Assembly (NCBI GenBank): GCA_032718475.1 | Contig: JAUCBJ010002802.1 | Span: 1 to 43,397 of the forward strand | DNA length: 43,397 nucleotides | Direction: 5' to 3' | Origin: Nemertoderma westbladi | Taxonomy: Eukaryota; Animalia; Xenacoelomorpha | Part shown: piece by piece, positions 35,229 through 43,397 of the stretch | Position numbering within the stretch: position 1 is the first letter of the stretch | Layout of the letters: each line of letters starts with the position of its first letter | The notes under the pieces: generated by a model | The model's input: the letters and a program-made list of their open reading frames with translations, nothing else | What the model was told of the DNA's origin: nothing | Database searches by the model: none | Translations under genes and position numbers: made by a program

Positions 35229-35761
35229 GGTATAAGTGAGAAAAATTAACATTTAATAAATACAAATTTAACCGTATAAAACGTGAATTGGATTTGGACT
35301 ACCTATACTATTAATGGGCTTCCCTAACTGCAATTAGTAAGTTGAAATATACAGTAGATATAATTTGTTCTAATATGAAGTGTAATATATTAGGTACCGC
35401 TAGAAATATGTATCATTTACCCCGCTGCTGCTATTATGCTATTACGCTGAAATTATTCGCTATTATTCGTTTGTGATATAACTAGAACATTAATTTGTTA
35501 AAGTTGTGGTAAATTCTAATAATAATTATAATTATATCTTCAATTTTTAAACGAAATTCAAATACTCCGAATCGAAAATTCTGGCTTCATCAAACTAGTT
35601 GTGTTTAAAATTTCAAGCAACATGATAAAGATTTAGATTTGTAAAAAAATATGGGGGGGGGGGGGGGTGGTGAGGGTGGGGGAGGGAGGGGGTGGGTGTG
35701 TTTCAACAGAAAATGACACTATTTCAGGTCATTGTAGATACAATTATGATACAGTACCTAC

Positions 35762-35935
35762 CTGAGCCCTCTTTCTTCTGAATTCTTTAACCATCTTCAA
35801 CTCGTTTTGCATTAATTGCACTTCATTGGTGCGTTGATTAAGAGCTTCCTCCAGATTTGATACTTTTAGAGTAAAGTCCTCGGCTAGTTTCTGACGATCT
35901 TCTCTAGCCTGTCTGCGGGCCTCCTTTAGTTGTTC
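35762..35935 (-). CDS. BBOF1: Basal body orientation factor 1 (CCDC176), third coding exon
   Basis: ttag|...|gtaggt; 174 nt, phase 0/0; EQLKEARRQAREDRQKLAEDFTLKVSNLEEALNQRTNEVQLMQNELKMVKEFRRKRAQ. Confidence 0.88.
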
Positions 35936-36589
35936 CTAATAAGTTAAAAAATATATTTTATTAGCTAGGAGATGCAAGAACTACAGGTAATAATAATAGT
36001 ATGGTAGTTCATGGAAGATGTAAAATATAAAAATAAAAAATGTGATAAACTTGGTATGTTGGCATGCGATAAAGTAGTGTTATTCGATACCAAATATCAC
36101 TATTTAATTGGCCTACAACTTTATGCTTGAGTGCTTTTAGTTTTCGCGAGATGGTTGGTTCCAAAATACTAACGAGTGATAAACGAAATATCTGATGGAA
36201 GAATATTTGAAATTCGACGAACTGAAATTAGCCGACATGTTTGTTATAGTAATTTACCATTTGGATATGAAAAAAATGATGAAGTTTGTATCACTGAAAT
36301 AGTGATGGAAAGCGCACTTTCTTCACTAAAATTCGGATCATAGTTTTTAAGATAAAATTAAATGTTCATATTGTTTCAGTATAGTACTTTACAATATACC
36401 GCATCGCTACATGTAAGATATTCAGACAAGTAACCTAGACAACACACCATTTGGCTTGCAGTAAAAATTTATTTGCGCAATATTGAGTAGACCTACATTA
36501 CTACATAAAGACATACAGTACTTAATAAGAACTTCCTATGTGTTGAGCCCATCTTCTGGTATATTTTAGCTGTTCCTAAAGATACTTAC

Positions 36590-36746
36590 TTGCAGTGACT
36601 CTATTTTATCCTCCTTAGCTATATCCTGTTGCTTTAGATAAGTGATGACGTCTATGGTGTCCTTCTCCGTTCGTTCTAGATGACTGATCAGATTGTCGTT
36701 ATCTAATAGTAGCCTCTTGGCATTCTCGCGAAACTCCAGACGGGAT
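36590..36746 (-). CDS. BBOF1: BBOF1 second coding exon
   Basis: tttag|...|gtaagt; 157 nt, phase 2/0; SRLEFRENAKRLLLDNDNLISHLERTEKDTIDVITYLKQQDIAKEDKIESLQ (compare the BBOF1 EKD...V..YLKKQD motif). Confidence 0.9.
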
Positions 36747-37805
36747 CTAAATTATAAATAGATTGATTAATTAAAATAAACTTACGTTACAGGCCCATGA
36801 GGAATCATTATCTCTGATAAAACTCCAACCAAGACTAACTATTTATTTACGTCATTGTGTGAAAAGTGGCACTTTCCAGCGTTATGACTCGAACGTGTAT
36901 TTATGTACCGAGCGAGTTCAGCGAGGGATGATGTTTACATAAAAAATATGATAAACGTAATGTTTAGGAATATTAATGAAAATAATATCCTATGCAATTT
37001 ATTGCAATTACTGCAACTGTACGGTGAATAACCTTGCACGTATAGCATTCAATGGCTTTCATCGATGGAGATTACTCAAGAAGTGTATTAAAATAAATTA
37101 ATTTATTTTATTTGAGCTGTTAATGCAACTGTAATACTGTATAAGTATTGTGTGTAATGTCCGGCTCCAGGGATATACGTTGCTTTCTTGTAAGGCGATA
37201 AAACCTATAACGCAAACTGAATTCATCGAATTCTAATTATTGAGTCGAATACTGTATAAGAAATAGAATAAGTGTTTTAGAAGTTTATTGTTTCTACACC
37301 CAAAGTTAGTAATATTTAGTAATAGTAGTAATAATTAGTAATTACTCCATAGCGTTCCAAGAGGTTCTTTGCTGCGGCAAATATACCGGTACTAAATGGC
37401 TGTAGGAAACAGAAATTAAGAAGCTACAAACCATGAAAGTGTGGTTCATCGAGACTGTGCGATAAACTGGTTTTCCCTGAAAGGTAATTTTTAGGAGGTA
37501 AAAAGCAGAGACCGGGAGAAAAAGTCATGTTTTTGGAAAGAATTTCTAAGTATAGGAAATAAAAACTTTTTGTAATAAATTTAAATTCACCTAAATTCAA
37601 ATGTTATGTGCGAGAGTATACATGATTGATATACCATCGTGTGACGAGAGTGTTAGTGACGAGATTTTTTTCTATCGAATACACGATAATTATTGTCTGT
37701 TCGAGAACGGAATATACGGATGTAACACCTGAAGCAAATTAATCTGTATAACTACTGAGGCCATAGACCGAAGTAGTTATCGAAGGGTCCTTTCGTAGTC
37801 TCGTT

Positions 37806-39240
37806 GGTGTGATGCAGGGTGATTGTCTAAGTCCTATTCTGTTTGCCTTATTGCTAAATGATTTGGAAGCGGAATTGGCAAAAACGGGTTATTGGATGAT
37901 TTTGGTTTGGATATTGGCTACCCTACAATATTCGCTAGATATTGGCTACCCTACAATATTCGCTAGATATGTAAGCGGATTCAATTCCCTACACCACCCA
38001 CCCAAAATGGGACCAGTGGCATTTTACCAATATAGTTGATGCGAGATTACCAATAATAATCTCGCCTCATAACCAACTCGGGGGGGGGGGGGGGGTGACA
38101 CACACGCCCTAAGCCACAGAGAGAGGTGAGAGGTCAAACCACCTCAGAGGGACAACCCAGCTAGCGAGGCTAGCACCAGGGAGTGGCGAAGTGACAATTA
38201 GTATATAAGCCAATAGAGGGCAGGGAAGCACTTGGGGAAGGACAGGAGGGCATCCATTGGGTACCAAAGGCCACAGTAGCATAGAGGTGAAACCAATATG
38301 TATCAATCATATATTTACTCTAGTTACTGATTTACCAGTCAGTTGATTATCACACAGTTGTGGACCGGCATAGTTTTGACCGTCATTTCATATGTGCTGC
38401 TGTCGTCATTTATGCTATACTGATTATTGTTACTATACCTGTATACATCTGACTGTGCAATTATTTCTGAGATCATTAATACTGAGAAACAAACTCTATT
38501 ATTTTCCCCAACGGCCTTCGGCCAAAGATACTAGCCCAGCATCTAAGTGACGCGTACAACCTTACCCGGTGGGTATCTGAGAGTCGATCCCGTCACAAGA
38601 TATATTACGTAATTTTGCAGATTACTGGTGGTTCGGATGTAATCCTGATAAAATCAAACATTGTTGTTTTCAGAAACAAGGGGGCCGGTGTGTCCCAATC
38701 AGATTGTTGGTTTTACAAAGGAAAAATACTAGATGTAGTGCCTTGCGCTACTACATCTATTTGGGTGTTGTTTTTTCTTATCCTGGTAACTTCGCCAAAG
38801 CCCATTCTAAATTATGGATGTGATGGATGGGGTGGGGATGGAACAATGCAACTGATATAGAAAGAGTGCATATAAGTTTCCTCAAACGAGCCTTTGGTGT
38901 AAAGACCACTAAGACCAGTACATCAAATCTCATGGTGTATGGAGAAGCGGGTACTTTTCCTTTGGCACTGCACCGTAAGGTGAACAGTATAAAGTTCTGG
39001 CTTCGAATAATTGAAAGGCCCGATAAAAGACTCAAAGTGCAATTCATAATTATAGATTACCATTTTCATAGACATCCTTCCTTACCGTTGTTATACCATC
39101 AATTATTTTCAACAAATATGGTTCGGGTCTGGAAAAATCTAGCAATCTATATATATAAGGCACTAAAACTACGCGCAGCTAGAATTAATAGCAACGAAAT
39201 GTGTAACGTAGTAAATACTCTGTATGAGTCTGACGAGTCA
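37806..39240 (+). mobile_element. Decayed RTEX-like LINE fragment split by a solo LTR, inside a BBOF1 intron
   Basis: GVMQGDCLSPILFALLLNDLE before the LTR; KSNIVVFR...WFYKG, KPILNYGCDGWG and ATDIERVH...VYGEAGTFP after it; homologous to 32814-35228. Confidence 0.85.
37970..38597 (+). mobile_element. Solo LTR (BEL/Pao)
   Basis: TGTAAGCGG...CCCGTCACA flanked by a 5-bp TSD AGATA (37965-37969, 38598-38602). Confidence 0.93.
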
Positions 39241-39516
39241 GCGCCGTTAGTTATATCGTAACCAATAATAATTCTCTATACCGTTTGTTTTTTTAATTTT
39301 TTTGTTATATTTAAAATTACATTTGTTTAGGTGTTTAGTTGGGTGTGGGGTTTCCAGGGACTATTTTTGGTTGTATTTTGGTTGTTTGTGTAAAGTTAGT
39401 GCGTACAATAGTAAGATCAGCAATAGTATTAGTGACTTGTTGACATGAATATAATTATAATTATTAACTATCGGTATCGGTACCGATAATAAATTGTATA
39501 TTATACTCAGACTCAC

Positions 39517-39665
39517 TTGTCCATTATATCCAGTTTTGATTCCCATAGCTTCGCATTGGCAGCAGCAAGTTTTTCAACACTTTCCTTTTTTCTTTCCCCA
39601 CCTTTTCCCTTACCACCTTTTTTCCCTTTTTTCTTCCCACCGCCACCTTTTTTCTTTTTAGGCAT
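39517..39665 (-). CDS. BBOF1: BBOF1 first coding exon
   Basis: ATG at 39665; MPKKKKGGGGKKKGKKGGKGKGGERKKESVEKLAAANAKLWESKLDIMD(K)|gtgagt; the ANA.LWE..L motif is typical of BBOF1. Acceptor ttctcag at 39682 implies an upstream non-coding exon. Confidence 0.9.
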
Positions 39666-40318
39666 TTTTATTCTTAATACTCTGAGAAGAAATCGTTAAA
39701 TTAACTAAATAATAAATTAACGCTCTTATGATCAATAAGTACAAATGTTACACTAATAAAGAATATTTATTCAGTTTTAACTACTAATCTATGCAGTATG
39801 ATATTCACCGGTAAATAGAATTCTTTCAAAACAAACAGAGGTCTTTTTCAAAGTAAGTAGGCCTAAAATTCGTCAAAATCAAAACCATTACGATAATATT
39901 TAGGGAGATACGAAATATTATCTACATCTCAAGGAAGTCCCTTTAAAATTTTTTTAGTTTAAAGTTTTTATTATTTTTCTATCCTCATAAAATGTTAATA
40001 AAAATTAACGGCCATTTAGATAAAAGAACTATGATTTTGTTAGCGTCTTTAAATAGTTATTAGCCTGATAATAGGTAAAATAACACTTTCCAAACAGACG
40101 GATATGATTATTATAAAATCTTATCAGGTATGTGAGGCTAAGATAAAATGTTTTTAGCAAAACGTATTTTTCGTATAATTTACTCACATTTGGGACTTAG
40201 ATCTAGATCTTAGCGATTAGATTTACCGACACAAAATAACTATCTCAACAAGGCCATCATGAACTACTATAACTTCTAAATGTATAACTGTTATAATAGG
40301 TCATGGGCCTATTAATTG

Positions 40319-40729
40319 CCGGTGTAATAGGCTGAGATAACTCCCCACCAAATATGACTCCCCAGTCTCAGCCTAGGCTGAGAACACTCCCCAGTTTTCT
40401 CCCTAGATTTCTTAATTAACGGAAAGGAGCAGGTTACAGTGGCGGGGTTTTCTAACCAAAACAATAAACGATATCTCAATAACATAGGTTACAGTTTTAT
40501 CTTGCAATATACGAAAATAACACAGGGACGGATATGAATTATAACTCAAATAGGGGAGTAATCTGTCATCTCAGCCTAATGGGAGTGGGAGTGTTCTCAG
40601 CCTAGGCTGAGATAACTGGGGAGTGTTATCAGCCTAGGCTGAAACGACTGAGGAGTGTTCTCCGCCTAGGCTGAGATGACTGGGAAGTCATTTCAAGAGG
40701 GAGTGAGTTATCTCAGCCTTGTACACCGG
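40319..40729. mobile_element. MITE with CCGGTGTA termini and palindromic TCTCAGCCTAGGCTGAGA subterminal repeats
   Basis: ccggtgtaataggctgagataactc / gagttatctcagccttgtacaccgg; TSD not clear. Confidence 0.82.
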
Positions 40730-41036
40730 TCATTTTACTATCTACAACAGTACATTCCCATAAACAATTACTGTTAAAAACGACTTCCTATATTTACAGT
40801 GCGCCATTAGATAGTTTGAACATTGAAAGGCGTCAGGCAAAGTGTTTTGAGTTCTGGAGTTATTTTTAATAAAATTGTGGAAGAAGAGACAGCAAACTAA
40901 CAAATTTACAATAAATTGTTACAAATTTTTTACTTTCAATAACACAGTGGCATAACGAAAGAAAATACACAATAAGTAAAATAATAAAACAGTAAACATA
41001 ATCATTACGGGAGTTTACGCGAATGTAATAAGGCCT

Positions 41037-41548
41037 AACGTTAATAGGCAGGGCTACTGCTAATCCCGTGCTACACAGCTGAAATCAACGTTAATAGGCA
41101 GGGCTACTGCTAATCCCGTACTACACACCTGAAATCAACGTTAATAGGCAGGGCTACTGCTAATCCCGTACTACACAGCTGAAATCAACGTTAATAGGCA
41201 GGGCTACTGTTAATCCCGTACTACACAGCTGAAATTAACGTTAATAGGCAGGGCTAATGCTAATCCCGTACTACACAGCTGAAATCAACGTTAATAGGCA
41301 GGGCTACTGCTAATCCCGTACTACACAGCTGAAATCAACGTTAATAGGCAGGGCTACTGTTAATCCCGTACTACACAGCTGAAATTAACGTTAATAGGCA
41401 GGGCTAATGCTAATCCCGTACTACACAGCTGAAATCAACGTTAATAGGCAGGGCTACTGCTAATCCCGTACCGGTACTACACAGCTGAAATCAACGTTAA
41501 TAGGCAGGGCTACTGCTAATCCCGTACCGGTACTACACAGCTGAAATC
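41037..41548. repeat. 50-bp minisatellite, 10 copies
   Basis: Unit aacgttaataggcagggctactgctaatcccgtactacacagctgaaatc; the last two copies carry a 6-bp insertion. Confidence 0.97.
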
Positions 41549-41638
41549 AGATATGTACATTAGTAAAATGTCCCATAAACATAAAACTAAGGTATTTAAA
41601 ACCAATGCCAAATTCCCATCATATGCATTGTTGAGGAT

Positions 41639-41651
41639 GTCGCTTAGCAAC
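41639..41651. promoter_or_regulatory. Candidate RFX X-box upstream of BBOF1
   Basis: GTCGCTTAGCAAC resembles GTTGCCTAGCAAC; ~2 kb upstream of the BBOF1 ATG. Confidence 0.35.
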
Positions 41652-41931
41652 TATAATTTGCTCTATCAACCTTTTACTAAATTTTTATTTTTATTGGGTA
41701 GATCTTTAGCCAATCCCTGTTCCTTGGCAGAGAGAGCCAGGGGATAAATTACCACTCTAATTTATTTAGTTATAATATTCAGCGTAACATTTTAGTTATT
41801 TTTTGCTTCAAAGTTTTAAGCATAGGCCTACATATAAGTGTATCATTATAATTTTATATATTACTATTAATTATATATTTAATGTTTATTTGAATTATAC
41901 AGTAGTGTATTATGTATAAACTATTAGTATT

Positions 41932-42240
41932 GAAAGCCGTCCACAGGTGACTTATGGAGGATCGCTAGAAGTCGGCTAGTTTACATAGGGAGTATTTAGG
42001 TTAGGCCAAGTTCCAATCACTCGTGGGTCGTGTATAAAGGTGACTTATTCGACCCAGTGAACTGAGTGTAAGTCGCACGTGGTCGGCTGGCCGGCTTACA
42101 TACTGTATATCATCATAGGCCTGCAATAGACTATATGGAGGGTCGCTAAAAGTCGCAAAAGTTTATATGTAGACTATAGGTGGATCTGACTTTGCCGACC
42201 AATTCGACTCTTCCGACCACCCCTTGTTGGGCGGGCTTTC
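41932..42240. mobile_element. Degenerate MITE-like element
   Basis: Imperfect terminal IR gaaagccgtccacagg / ccttgttgggcgggctttc; internal tatggagg(a/g)tcgcta(g/a)aagtcg repeated. Confidence 0.4.
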
Positions 42241-43214
42241 CACTGTAGAGTAGACCAGTTAAAGGTGGCTAGGCTAGTGGTTGGTAGGCTATAATTCTGT
42301 AATTAGTTAATTAATTACCTTCATTTGCGACAAATAGATATTGCACAATATAAATTATTGCAGTACTACAGTTTAATTTATTTTTGGGTATAGGCTTTGC
42401 CTATAATATATTACTGATACTTGTACTGAAGGCCTAAGTGAACAGCAGTAGAGATACCGGTACCAACCAGTAGAACCTACGCAGAGCAGAGTGCACAGGT
42501 GCACGCACAGACGGCCTATGATGCACACATACTGTAGCAGTATGATAGCCAAGACCTAGCATCCCTAGTTAATAATACTAGTACTTTCTTATTCCAAAGT
42601 GTTCTAGAACATTGTGTATTTATTAAATAGGATAAATATTCTGCAGCAGAATCAAATGCAGGCAACATTTGAAAGCTATCTCAGCTATTTCCCAACTAAA
42701 TTCAAATGTTTTACATATTTGGAATCCTTGCGCGGTCAGCTTTCGAATGGTGCTAACAAGTCACTTCAAGGTTGAATTATGACTACTGTGTAACTGCGGT
42801 GCAATATCGACGTAAATACCTTTATGAAACGCTTTTACTTTAGGTAAAGAATTAAAGCGAAAATGAAAATCCTTACTCACCCACTATGGAGGGGGGAGAT
42901 GAACCTATTTTCTATGAATTTACTATGAATCAAATTTCATTCAATCTCATTAAGATTTGTAAATTAAATTGGGGCTAGGGGTTCCATGTACCTGAATTAC
43001 GACGTCGATATATTCAAAGATATGTTATATATAATTAGTTTCTAATAATGTATTCATCTGTAATATAAAGTTCAATATTATGGCATGAAAATATAAATAT
43101 ATATATATTGCGGTTATTTTATTATATTTTTTCGTATATTGTTCGAACCAGGGCAGGGGCTGGCATTTTTGTTTTGCTGTTTGTTTTAGTGATTCCCTCT
43201 CATTACATCGCATT

Positions 43215-43290
43215 CTATTGGTTTCCCGCATGCCAACAGCCCCGCCTCTCCCATACACTGACGTCACCAGGGCGTTACTAGGTGAAATCA
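43215..43290. promoter_or_regulatory. Candidate promoter motif cluster
   Basis: ATTGG at 43217, CCCCGCC at 43240, TGACGTCA at 43259-43266 and X-box-like GTTACTAGGTGAA at 43274-43286. Confidence 0.4.
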
Positions 43291-43397
43291 GCTCCTTATA
43301 GGTTAAAGTACCTGGTTATGGGAAGCAAGTTGCCATCCATCACATCCATCCATAGGTTTCCTTGTACTGCAGTAGAAAGCTCTTTGTTAGGGGAAGA

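Noticed and set aside
39517-39699. Plus-strand Phe/Pro-rich ORF
   Set aside because: Antisense of the Lys/Gly-rich BBOF1 exon.

Overview
Repeat-rich eukaryotic (metazoan, probably marine invertebrate) DNA; nothing prokaryotic and no CRISPR. Most of the window is transposable elements and satellites. These include a 5'-truncated RTE LINE inside a GGATG satellite, three deleted BEL/Pao LTR retrotransposon pieces plus a solo LTR, and a 5'-truncated RTEX-type LINE with an uninterrupted 804-codon RT ORF. There is also a decayed IS3EU-type transposase, an IS3EU-like foldback element, several MITEs, and tandem arrays of 13, 17, 24, 50, 121 and 134 bp units. Two host-gene signals are missed by the ORF track: three spliced coding exons of BBOF1/CCDC176 on the minus strand (39665->35762; later exons not found), and an intron-free 5' fragment of a REEP1-4 gene at 20692-20868. 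The most notable observations are a covarying CCAAT-loop hairpin in the BEL LTRs, a 19-nt hairpin motif repeated five times through one BEL element, a BEL RT fused to an (S/P)PDx-repeat reading frame, and an orphan reading frame whose ATG is restored by removing the foldback element. All family assignments come from motifs recognised by eye; no searches were run.
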